NCBI GenBank assembly: GCA_030390025.1
Contig: CM059432.1
Span: 50,098,001-50,162,000 of the forward strand
Direction: 5' to 3'
Length of the DNA: 64,000 bases
DNA from: Squalus acanthias
Lineage: Eukaryota
Of this stretch, positions 1-11,247 are shown piece after piece; the first letter of the stretch is position 1; each line of letters opens with the position of its first letter. The notes beneath the pieces were generated by a model. The model was not told where the DNA came from. It saw nothing but the letters and a program-made list of their open reading frames with translations, and ran no database searches. Both the position numbers and the translations under genes were made by a program.

Positions 1-631
1 TTGCAAGGGGCTGAAATTTCACAGGGTTTCTGCCAATCTCCCACCATAACTCCAGCAGGAGACCTGTGGAACCCCCAGGGAAATGGCAGAGACCCTGTTT
101 ACAGCAGGTCTCCATCAGTTACGGGACTTTCCTTGTTGCCTTGTAAGGGGTGGAACTTCCATGCACCCCTTACAAGACAAATGACGGGCAGGGGTGGGGC
201 TGGAGATGGGGACTCCTTTCACCGGGCGTTTTACTCCTGATCCATAGTCAGGACTTGGCATTTCTGTGGCAGGTGGTATACCCAGTGAGAGGTGCTGGCT
301 AGGCAAGAATCAAAAACAATTTTTGGGAGAAATTTTATCCAGATTGATGCCATTTGGTCTAATGTTAAAAAGGATATTTTAATCTCGGTGTGGATATGGT
401 ATGCCACATAAGCACGGAATCATACAGGTCAATACCTGCTACCAAAGTTTTAATAATGTCTTTATTTTACACAATCATCTGTGCCAGCTTTATTCTAAGG
501 GGAATGATGCATGAAAGAATTGCACTAGGGAAACCAATGTTGCCCTTTGCAGGTTTACCGTGGTCTATGATACCCGTGTGCTAACCATGGACAGAAGCAG
601 AGCACAGATGCAATGAAACTCGATATACATT

Positions 632-1395
632 GGCCCAGAAATTCGCGTGTCCGGCTTGCCGCGGGGGTAAGGATCGCGCGCGCTCTTACCTACCGCGCCT
701 GCCGTTGTGTTTTGGGCCCACGGGAACTTCGGGTCCTGGGCCTCTCCCAACTGCCGGCGCGCAGTGCTTGTGTGTTCCAGGGGCGTAGTTAGTGCGATGC
801 GACCCCTGGGATCACGTGGGCCATGGAGAGCCAATGGCAGCAGACCATCTTTCATTCATAGATTTGACAGGAGACCTGTCAAATCTGTAAATTGAAATCG
901 GCCCCAAAAGAACAGCTAAACTTAAAATAAATTTAAAAAAAAACCATCACATTTATAAAATAACTATAGTTAAATAAATTAACCACTTTAAACAAAAATT
1001 TAAATTTTTGAAAAAATTAAAATACTTTTTAAAAGTTATAAAAATAAACTTACCTTTCTTTAAAGTATCTAAAAAAGATAAACCTGTTGAAAAAAATTTA
1101 AAATTATACTTAATTAACCACTTACCTTGTTCAAAAGGGGTCGTACGCCTCCTTTTTATTAGCGTAGTATCTTCAATACTTACCCTCGCGTAGAAACCTG
1201 AAAAAAAATCTAAGTGTGCTGCGTGCGCGCGGCCTCTAGCGCGCACGCAGTTCACCTAGGAACTGCCCCCTTCACCATACCGGAAGTTCCGGTTTCCCGC
1301 GCATGCGCAGTGCATGCAGGAAACCGGCACTTCGGGAAGCAATACGGATGAGTACACACTGTGTACTCACGCGGGAAGGGCCGAATTTTTGGGCC
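632..1395. mobile_element. Non-autonomous DNA transposon (MITE), Harbinger-like
   Basis: TIR ggcccagaaattcg ... cgaatttttgggcc (1 mismatch); 3-bp TSD att (629-631, 1396-1398); GC-rich arms around an AT-rich core; related copy at 41255-42006 in opposite orientation. Confidence 0.85.
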
Positions 1396-1699
1396 ATTAT
1401 CAAATGTATCTTAAAGCAGCATTTTGTAATATGGATTGATTGGGACCAATCTTACATACAATCCTTCTCCCTCGCCGGGTCTTCCAGAATATTTGTCATT
1501 TACTGTTTGCTCTATTAGTTCACCCTCAAAGAGGCCTCAACATGCAAACTCATGACCAGAATGGCAAAGCCACAGTAGAGTGAGATGGGAAAAATGCCGA
1601 TGAGGAATTAGCAGTGCCACCAGCAATTCAGCAAGGAAGACCAGGCACTAATTCCAGACAGCTTCCAAGCAGTACCACAGCTATACATTTCATAATGGG

Positions 1700-2341
1700 A
1701 CAAAGCTTAACTGGACCAGCTAAATCAACATTGTTGCAATAAGAGCAGAGCAGAAGCTCAGAGGCTTATCTCCTGACCCCTCAAAGCCTCTCCACCATCA
1801 CGAGTGGGGAATGTGATAAAATACTCATCATTTGCCTGGATGGGTGCAGCCTCATCAACACACAAGAAGTTTGACACCATCTAGGACAGAGCAGTTCACG
1901 TGATTGGAGTCCCTACAATGATTCAATATCCACTGCACACCCCCCCCCCCCCCCACGCCCCACACTTCCCTCATCACTGGCACCCTATGGCCGCAGTATG
2001 TACAATCTACAGGATGCTTCGATGTTGCTTCAATGGCATTGGCCACCCCTGTGAACTTTACCAGCAAGAAGGCAAGAGTAGCCATATCATGGGAACCATT
2101 ATCCCCAAGTTCCCCTCCAAGTCACACCATCTTGATTTTGATATATATTGTCACTTTTTTCATCATTACTGGATCTATATCCTGGAATTCATTACCTAAT
2201 AGCATTGTGGGAGTGGCATCACCACAAGGACTGCAGCAGTTCAAGGAGAAGGCTTCAAACTATCTTCTCAGGGCAACAAGAGATGGACAATAATTATGAC
2301 CTTATCAGCATCGCCTACATCCTGAAAACAAATGAAAAAGA
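1700..2341 (+). mobile_element. Old 3' fragment of the tRNA-headed CR1-group LINE family
   Basis: Diverged match to 49760-50430 (MAAVCTIYRM; ccaagttcccctccaagtcac; 3' end catcgcctacatcc...aatgaaaaa). Confidence 0.8.
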
Positions 2342-2546
2342 TATCACATATAGCTGGATGAGGCAGTGTCAATGAGGTTGAAAAGCTAGGTTTCGGTCAT
2401 GACCAGGATGTCGATGAACTTATTGAGAATGAGGTTGTGGATGGGGAAAGCCCTTGTTTACAAGGGAACTGACATTTTGCACAGTGATAGGGACTGGATG
2501 GGTAGAAGTAGACCCACAGAGGGGTTTAAGACCAGGGAGATGGAAA

Positions 2547-3627
2547 GATAGAATCATAGAATGGTTACAGCACAGTAGGAGGCCATTCAGCCCGTCGAGC
2601 CCGTGCCAGCTCTCTGCAAGAGCACTTCAGCGAGAACCACTCCCCCGCCCTTTCCCCGTAGCCATACAAATCTTTTTCCTTCAGGCAATTATCCAATTCC
2701 CTTTTGAAAGCCATGATTGGATCTGCCTCCACCACCATTTCAGGCAGTGAATTCCAGATCATAACCACTCGCTGCGTAAACAAGTTTTTCCTCATGTCGC
2801 CTTTGAATCCTCTGCCAATCACCTTAAATCTGTGTCTGCTGGTTCTCGACCCTTCCACCAATGGGAACAGTTTCTCTCTATCTACTCTGTCTAGACCCCT
2901 CATGATTTTGAACACCTCTGTCAAATCTCCTCTCAACCTTCTCTGCTCCAAGGAGAACAATCCCAGCTTCTCCAGTCTATCCATGTAACTGAAGTCCCTC
3001 ATCCCTGGAACCATTCTCATAAATCTTTTCTGCACCCTCTCGAAGGCCTTCACATCCTTCCTAAAGTGCAGTGCCCAGAATTGGACACAATACTCCAGTT
3101 GTGGCAGAAACAATGTTTTATAAAGGCTCATCATAACTTCCTTGCTTTTGTACTCTATGCCTCTATTTATAAAGCCTAGGATCCTGTATGCTTTTTTAAC
3201 TGCTTTCTCAACCTGCCCTGCCACCTTTAACAATTTGTGCACATATATCCCCAGGTCTCTCTGTTCCTGCACCCACTTTAGAATTGTACCCTTTAGTTTA
3301 TATTGCCTTTCCTCGTTCTTCCTACCAAAATGTATCACTTGGCACTTTTCCGCATTAAACTTCATCTGCCACGTGTCCGCCCATTCCACCAGCCTGTCTA
3401 TGTCCTCTTGAAATCTATCCCTATCCTCCTCACTGTTCACTATACTTCCAAGTTTTGTGTCATCCTCAAATTTTGAAATAGTGCCCTGTACACCTAAGTC
3501 CAAATCATTAATATATATCAAGAAAAGCAGTGGTCCTAGTACCGACCCCTGGGGAACACCACTGTATACCTTCCACCAGTCCAAAAAACAACCGTTCACC
3601 ACTACTCTCTGTTTCCCGTTTCCTGTC
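2547..3627 (-). mobile_element. 5'-truncated CR1 LINE (RT C-terminal half, open frame)
   Basis: ORF 2565-3716 has GVPQGSVLGP, KFEDD (degenerate FADD), LEYCVQFW, RRLRGDL; (ATTCTATG)-type tail at 2547-2562. The ORF portion 5' of about 3627 is non-CR1 flank. Confidence 0.93.
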
Positions 3628-4144
3628 AGATGGATAAAAGATGGTTGTGAAAGTCTACCCTGGAGAGTAAAGTGTACAAAAGATGTGCTGGGAGAAGAGG
3701 TTGAGGCAATTAGCATTGATGCACTGGGAGAGGTGCTTCACTGGGCACAGTGGAAGATGCCAAGGTTGGAACAGACGGAAGCCAAGGACCCATCCAGGAG
3801 AGCCTCAAGCCTCAAATGATGACTGGAAAGATCAATGATAGAGTTGTGATAGGTGAAGACTGTCATGATACAGTGAGGGATGAGGGGAAAGAGGGACTGT
3901 GAATGAGAAAGTCAAAAAGGAGGAGGAGGGCCAGAGATGACTAAGGGGAAGAAGAGGATGGGGAGTCGGCCTACAGAAAGATAGAGGGATTCAGGTCTGT
4001 AGCAGCAGCCAATACAAATAACCAGATTGACACAGAAAGGCCAATTGCGTCCATAGTTCGGGGCTTTATCAATCTGGAATGAGATTTTGTAAAATTGGCC
4101 CCAAAGTAATAGCCTCGATTTTCATATGCAAACTGTGAGATAAC

Positions 4145-7100
4145 GGGGTCGACATTAACCCTCCCACGACAGGCAGGAGAGGGTCGGGGCGGACGATTCA
4201 GAATTAAAAATCAGGGAACGCGTCCCCAACCCGCCGCATATGTGCCATTCGGCATTTTTACGTTGGTGGGTACCGTGGTGTGTGTGTGTGCCCCATCTTG
4301 GAGAGGCGGAAAACTTCAATATAGTATTTATATCAGGCTCCCACAGTGGAGTTGGGAGCCTGATTTAAATTGAACAGCTGCCAGCCGGGTTTCCCAGAGC
4401 TCGGGGAACCTGGCAGCGAAATGGAGACGGAAGCAGCAGGCTGCAGCAGGTAAGTGCTTTTTATAGCATTCCTTGTGGGTCTGGAGGAGCAGGAGAGCTC
4501 CCTCATCAAGGAAGCCTTCAGAGTCCCTTTTGCCCATTATGGCGTCTCCTCGCTGCCATGATTGGCTGACCACCCCATTCCAACCCCAATCTCCGGCCTG
4601 CCTGATCTTTCTCTCCCTCCCTCGCCATTACTGTTCTTTGATCGCACCCGCCTCCTGCCCCCACCTGACTTTGATCTTTCCAGCCTGTCAATCTGGCTGG
4701 CTGCCAGGTGGGAAACAGAAGAAGAAATTGATAATGAGGTCCTGTAACTGAACCGACTAGGGGGCAAGCAACCTTAGATCTGGTCCTGTGTAACGAGACA
4801 GGATTAATTAAAAATGTCCTAGTAAAGGATCCCCTTGGAATGAGTAACCATAACATGGTTGAATTCCATATTCAATTAGAGGGTGAGAAGGTTGGATCTC
4901 AAACAAGCGTGCTAAGCTTGAATAAAGGAGACTATGAAGGTATGCGAGCGGAATTGAGTAGAGTGGATTGGGAAAATAGATTATAAGTTAAGACGATACA
5001 TGATCAGTGGTGTACATTTAAGGAGTTATTTTACAACTTCCAAAAAAAATGTATTCCACTGAGAAGAAAAGGGTGTAAAAGAAAAGACAGTCATCCGTGG
5101 CTAAGTAAAGAAATTAAGGATAGTATTCAACTAAAAGCAAGGGCTTATAAGGTAGCCAAATCTAGTGGGAGGATAGAGGATTGGGAAAACTTTAAAAGAC
5201 AGCAAAAAATAACAAAAAGATTGATTAAGAAAGGGAAGATAGATTATGAAAGTAAATTAGCAAAAAATATAAAAACAGATAGGAAGAGTTTTTATAGTTA
5301 TATAAAAAGAAAAAGGGTGGCTAAAGTAAAGGTTGGTCCCTTAGAGGATGAGACCAGGAAATTAATGGTGGTAAATATGGAGATGGCAAATACACTGAAT
5401 GAATATTCTGTATCAGTCTTTACAGTAGAGGACACTAAGAATATCCCAACACTGGACAAACAGGGGGCTATAGGGGGGGAGGAGCTAAACACGATCAAAA
5501 TCACTAAGGAAGTGGTACTCGGTAAAATAATGGGACTCAAGGCGGATAAATCACCTGGACCTGATGGCTTACATCCTAGGGTCTTGAGGGAAGTGGCGGT
5601 AGGGATTGTGGATGCATTGGTAATAATTTTCCAAAACTCCCTGGACTCAGCAAAGGTCCCGGCAAACTGGAAAACTGCTAATGTAACACCCTTATTTAAA
5701 AAGGGCAGTAGACAGAAGGCTGGAAACTATAGACTGGTTAGCCTAACATCTGTGGTAGGTAAAATTTTGGAGTCCATTATTAAGGAGACAGTAACGGGAC
5801 ATTTGGATAATCATAATTTAATAGGACAAAGTCAGCATGGTTTTATGAAGGGGAAGTCATGTTTGACAAATTTGCTGGAGTTCGTTGAGGAAGTAGCATA
5901 CAGGGCGGATAAAGGGGAACCAGTGGATGTGGTGTATTTAGACTTCCAAAAGGCATTTGACAAGGTGCCACACAAGAGATTATTGCTTAAGATAAAAAAT
6001 CACGGGATTGGGGGTAATATTCTGGCATGGATAGAGGATTGGCTATCTAACAAAAGGCAGAGAGTTGGGATAAATGGTTCATTCTCAGACTGGCAATCAG
6101 TAACTAGTGGTGTTCCGCAGAGGTCAGTGCTGGGTTCCCAACTCTTTAAAATCTATATTAACGATTTGGAGGAGGGGACCGAATGTAACATATCAAAGTT
6201 TGCAGATGATACTAAGATGGGAGGGAAAGTAGTGAGTGAGGAGGACATAAAAAATCTGCAAGGGGACATAGACAGGCTAAGTAAGTGGGCAGAGATTTGG
6301 CAGATGGAATACAATACTGGAAAGTGTGAGGTTATGCACTTTGGCAGGAAAAATAGTAGAGCAAGTTATTATCTTAATGGCAAGAAACTGGAAAGTACTG
6401 AAGTACAAAGGGATCTGGGGGTCCTGGTGCACGAAACTCAAAAGGTTAGTATGCAGGTGCAGCAAGTGATTAAGAAGGCCAATGGAATGTTGGCTTTCAT
6501 TGCTAGGGGGACAGAATATAAAAATAGGGAGGTATTGCTTCAGTTGTACAAGGTATTGGTGAGACCGCACCTGGAATACTGCATACAGTTTTGGTGTCCA
6601 TACTTAAGAAAAGACATACTTGCTCTCGAGTCAGTACAAAGAAGGTTCACTCGGTTAATCCCGGGGATGAGGGGATGGACATATGAGGAGAGGTTGGGTA
6701 GATTGGGACTCTACTCATTGGAGTTCAGAAGAATGAGAGGCGATTTTATTGAAACATATAAGATTGTGAAGGGGTTGGATCGGGTGGATGCGGGGAGGAT
6801 GTTCCCGATGATGGGTGAAACTAGAACTAGGGGGCATAGTCTTAGAATAAGGGGCTGCTCTTTCAAAACTGAGATGAGAAGGAACTACTTCACTCAGAGG
6901 GTGGTAGGTCCATGGAATATGCTGCCCCAAAAAGCTGTAGAAGCTACATCATTACATAAATTTAAAACAGAAATAGACAGTTTCCTAGAAGTAAAGGGAA
7001 TTAAGGGTTACGGGGAGCGGGCAGGAATTTGGACATGAGTCTAGGTTCGGATCGGTCATGGCCCTGTGGGTAGCGTAGCGGGCCCAGGGGCCGTGTAGCC

Positions 7101-7380
7101 TGATCCTGCTCCTATTTCGTGTGTCCAATTCTGTTAGGTTCAGGAGATGTTTCTGTGATAGTAGATTGGCGGTTAGGATCAGATCAGCCATGATCTTATT
7201 GAATGGCGGAGCAGGCTCGAGGGGCCAATTGGCCTACTCCTGCTCCTATTTCTTATGTTCTTATGTTCTTATGTCCTGCCATTAAATTTGGCAGGAACTC
7301 CGCGTCCCAGGGATTTCCGGGTTTACTCCCACAACCGCACTCCCCCGCACCCTTCCAACCTCCCTGTAAATATTGGGGCC
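4145..7380. mobile_element. MITE (G-rich-repeat family) interrupted by a CR1 insertion
   Basis: 4145-4744 and 7273-7380 match the reverse complement of the two ends of 51085-52184; 3-bp TSD aac (4142-4144, 7381-7383). Confidence 0.75.
4745..7272 (+). mobile_element. 5'-truncated CR1 LINE, same subfamily as 33642-38099
   Basis: 605-aa RT ORF at 5221-7038 nearly identical to ORF2 of the full-length copy; (TTCTTATG)n tail; TSD gtcctg (4739-4744, 7273-7278). Confidence 0.96.
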
Positions 7381-7809
7381 AACCTGTGTGTGTGGCTATC
7401 TACATTCTTAAAGATGAAGCTCGAGCATTATAGTTGGATTCTGCCGGAGAATTGAAAATTCTGCCAAAACTCATGTAAATGAATTCATTACAACCTTTCA
7501 GTTTGTCTCGTCTAACATCATTGCATTAAAAAGCATCTTTGATTGCTTCATAAAACATGATTTTATAGAGAAATGCTCTGCTGCACAACATAACATTCTT
7601 TTACTTTGCCAAAATATATGTATTGCAAGCAATGCATTAACTAAAGCAGTGAGGACAAGATGATTTGCAACTATAGCAGAACTCATAATCAAATATTGAT
7701 TGATATCTGTAATGGGATGATTTAATTATAGTTATGATTTATTAATCTGTACCATGTTTACCCAGTGGAGCTAGAAATAATAAAAAAAATATTCACTGGA
7801 AATCAGAAC

Positions 7810-7856
7810 TATAAACAGAAAATGCTGGAAACACACAGCGGGTCTGTCAGCACCTG
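7810..7856 (-). mobile_element. Short Penelope-like terminal fragment
   Basis: aacagaaaatgctggaaacacacagcgggtctgtcagca resembles 61861-61900. Confidence 0.55.
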
Positions 7857-8149
7857 ATAAGTGTCTACCCCCCAAAAGTGAACAAGTTGAATTCTCTTGT
7901 TGCCAGGTTCGCAGCAGAGTTGAAATACTGCCCACCTGCATGATTCCACCAGCAACCCACAAACCTTCCTCTGAGGTCCTTATTTACAATACTGGTAATA
8001 CTGCTCCTTGGGTTACCGCCGCTGGGAGAGAGGAAATTCAGTGCTGGTGTTACCCATAAAAGGCAATTAAAGGGGGAACATCCATTTTCTGCAGCAGAGA
8101 GTGCAAAACATCTGAAGAAGCAGCAGCCTATAGGGGTCAGCAGCAGGAA

Positions 8150-8360
8150 GGTCTCCCAGCTGTGCAGATGCATCTGTGGAGGTGTTACTGGCTGAAATCA
8201 GGACCAAAACGGAGAGATTATGGGTCAGAGAGGACAGGATATCCCATAAGAAGGTCATGCACATTGTATGGAGGGAGGTGGTAAAAGCTGTCAGTGTGCC
8301 ACCCCAAGTACTGCCACACAGTGTCGGAAGAGGTTCAGTGACCTCGGAATGGTAGCCAAG
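8150..8360 (+). pseudogene. Harbinger Myb/SANT-like gene remnant (exon 1); probable later exon remnants near 9303-9420 and 10270-10800
   Basis: Frameshifted translation PSCADASVEVLLAEIR...WREVVKAVS...TATQCRKRFSDL parallels 18222-18465; GKLAHNQ follows an acceptor-like site near 9303. Confidence 0.65.
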
Positions 8361-8557
8361 ATAAGTCAAGGCACTGTTGCCAATCCAGATGCCTAACCAC
8401 TCATATACCCTTTACTCACCTCCTTACCTCTCACATTATTTCTCTGGCAGCGCCTATGTGTCAAGGAGACTCACTGATGCAAAGGGAAACCTCTGCAAAC
8501 ACTCAAGCACCATCTTTACTCAAAAACACTCTGACAACTCACATTGCTTACTCCTGC

Positions 8558-8708
8558 TACAACAACAACTTGCAGTTATATAGCACCAATAATGTAGTAA
8601 AATGTCCCACGGTGCTTTACAGGAGCATTATCAAATAAAATTTGACACCAAGCTATATAAGGAGTTATTAGGAGAGATGAGGTAGCGTCTTAAGGAGGAA
8701 AGAGATGT
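8558..8708 (-). mobile_element. L2 LINE 3' fragment
   Basis: Matches 11248-11430, including the (TTG)n tail. Confidence 0.75.
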
Positions 8709-9157
8709 AAAGAAAGAAAGACTTGCATTTATATAGCGCCTTTCACAGCCACCAGACGTTCCAAAGCGCTTTACAACCAATTAAGTACTTTTTGAAGTGT
8801 AGTCACTGTTGTAATGTAGGAAATGCGGCAACCAATTTGTGCACAGCAAGCTCCCACAAACAGCGATGTGATAATGACCAGATAACCTGTTTTAGTGATG
8901 TTGATTGAGGGATAAATATTGGCCATGACTCCGGGGAGAACTCCCCTGCTCTTCTTCGAAATAGCACCATGAGATCTTTTACATCCATCTGAGAGAGCAG
9001 ACGGGGCCTCGGTTTAACGTCTCATCCGAAAGACGGCACCTCCAACAGTGCAGCACTCCCTCAGTACTGCACTGGAGTGTCAGCCTAGATTTTTGTGCTC
9101 AAGTCTCCTGGAGTGGGACTCAGAGGCAAGAGTGCTACCAACTGAGCCACAGCTGAC
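8709..9157 (-). mobile_element. tRNA-derived Deu-domain SINE (SacSINE1-like) with L2-type tail
   Basis: Minus strand: head gtcagctgtggctcagttggtagcac (A box; B-box region deleted), Deu-like core ggaggtgccgtctttcggatgagacgttaaaccgagg, tail ggcgctatataaatgcaagtctttcttt. Confidence 0.85.
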
Positions 9158-9783
9158 AATAAGAGGTAGCTATCAAAAACTGTGCATTTAAAGGGAAACT
9201 GCAGCTCCACTCCCATGGAATAATAATGGGATACAAATGCTCATAGCAAAGAAGTGTCCATGCCATTCATATGCCTTTAACATTGTCTTTTTTCCTTCCA
9301 AAGGAAAGCTGGCCCATAACCAGTGCCAGAGAAATGTGACTAGGAAGAACAACTATGACTGAAAGCCCTGACTCCACTCAGGAGGCACTGGATATAATTG
9401 GCAGGTAGACAGACAGAAGAGGCTAAAGGAGATGGTAAGATTGGAGGCAGGGTGGAACAGAAGGTTGGTAAAAGCTGGAATATGCTCATCACAGGTAGTG
9501 TCAGTTTTAGGTGCTTTCTCAAAAATGTGCAATGCCTTAACGCTTAGCTGACATTTCTTCAAGGAGGAATGTCACTGTGCACGCAGCTAAACAAGCTCTT
9601 CTGTGTTTCATATCTTGGGAGGGGGGGGGTGGGGTCCTTGCAGGAAAAGGTCAGATAATCCGATGACTACCCACCATTTCCAGATCGGAAACTTACTTCT
9701 GCCACTTCACCATCTATTCCATCATGGCATTTCGCTTACTCTCGCACCAGCCCAGAGACACCCAGTCAGGAAAAAGTAGTTCA

Positions 9784-10262
9784 GGGAAATGGTAGAATAG
9801 TGGTTATGTTACTGGACTAGTAAACCAGAGGCTGGGACTAATAATCTGAGAGACATGAGTTCAAATCCCACCATGGTAGTTGGAGAATTTAAATTCAGTT
9901 GATTAAATAAATCTGGAAAAATAAAAAGGTAGTATCGGTGATGGGTATTAGTATTGAAACTATTGGACTGTCATTTAAAAAAACACAACTGGTTCACTAA
10001 TGTCCTTCAGGGAAGGAAATCTGCTACCCTTACCCAGTCTGGCCTATATGTGACTACAGACCCACAGCAATGTGGTTGACTCTTAGCTGCCCTCTGAAAT
10101 GGTTTAGCAAGCCACTCAATTGTATCAAAACTGCTACAAAAAACTCTAATCCACATGGTTCAAGAAGGTGGCTCACCACCACCTTCTCAAGGTCATCTCG
10201 GGATGGGCAATAAATGCTGGTCTTGCCAGCAAAACCCACATCCCATGAATGAATAAAAAAAA
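9784..10262 (+). mobile_element. tRNA(Thr-like)-derived SINE sharing both ends with the LINE at 22408-26447
   Basis: A box tagaatagtgg, anticodon-like loop ctAGTaa, B box gagttcaaatcc; body matches the reverse complement of 25270-25535; last ~105 nt match the LINE 3' end. Confidence 0.88.
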
Positions 10263-11247
10263 GTTAGCGAGTCAGAAGGGTTTCCATGGGTGAAACACAG
10301 AACACTAGTGAGAATGTAGGAGCTGGGAGTGGGAGAGATGGAGAGTGACATTCCTCCACGGAGGTTTTAGAAACAACCACTCTCGGTTGAGGAACCTAGG
10401 GACCCAGATTTCTGGAGCCAGTTTTTCTAAAGAGCTATGATTAGGGAGCAATGGAGATAGTATCCATGCATATGGTCAAGATGACCAGCGGGAGCAGTCC
10501 ACTACCTACATCTCCAACTCATAGCAGAAAGTTTCCTATGACCTGAAGAACACTCTGGTGACAATGACAGTCTGGGAGATTTCTGCAGCATCAAGATGCC
10601 AGGAACAGCTTCTAAGAAGATTTGTGGCTTACTGAATGGCGGCTAACAGAGCTGCAATAGATGCTTTGAACAGGGCACTTTTATAGGGCTTCCAAGACCT
10701 GATTGGGACTATTTGGTCTGTGATGACACCAACCAATAGCTTTTCAAAGCTTGTGACCAGTGCCAGTGGACTGCAGAAGGACAGCAACCGTGGGGGAATA
10801 GGAGGAGATTGACCCCAGTGTGAATGCCACCTTCACAACATAAAACAAATGGAAGCAGTGCAGGAAAAAGATTAATCACCTTACTTGGTCAGCCAAGGTA
10901 CAACCCATTGTGACCTTATATTAATGCAATATACCAGCCATGTACAACACTTACAATTCCCTGCCTCTCATATAGGGGCCCAAAATCCTTGGCCGCTTAC
11001 CGCTGGCAGAGCTGCAGTGGAACAGGCTATGCACAATTAATTAAATGATACTAGCAGTGTCTCTAGTGACAGATTGAAATGACTAGACACATAAAGGTTG
11101 AGTGTGGAGATGACTTTTATTGCCACTGGCCTGTGGTAGAACACAGTTGCAGATCTGCTTGCTGCACGTGGTTTAACTCCATTATAGCTTCCCTGGTGAA
11201 TCAAAGCCTTTGCAAACACTGCTGTTCAGAGAAGTAGCATTATGTAC

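Noticed and set aside
9784..9875. Functional tRNA-Thr gene
   Set aside because: Extra sequence between the anticodon arm and B box, no clear acceptor stem, and it continues into a SINE body
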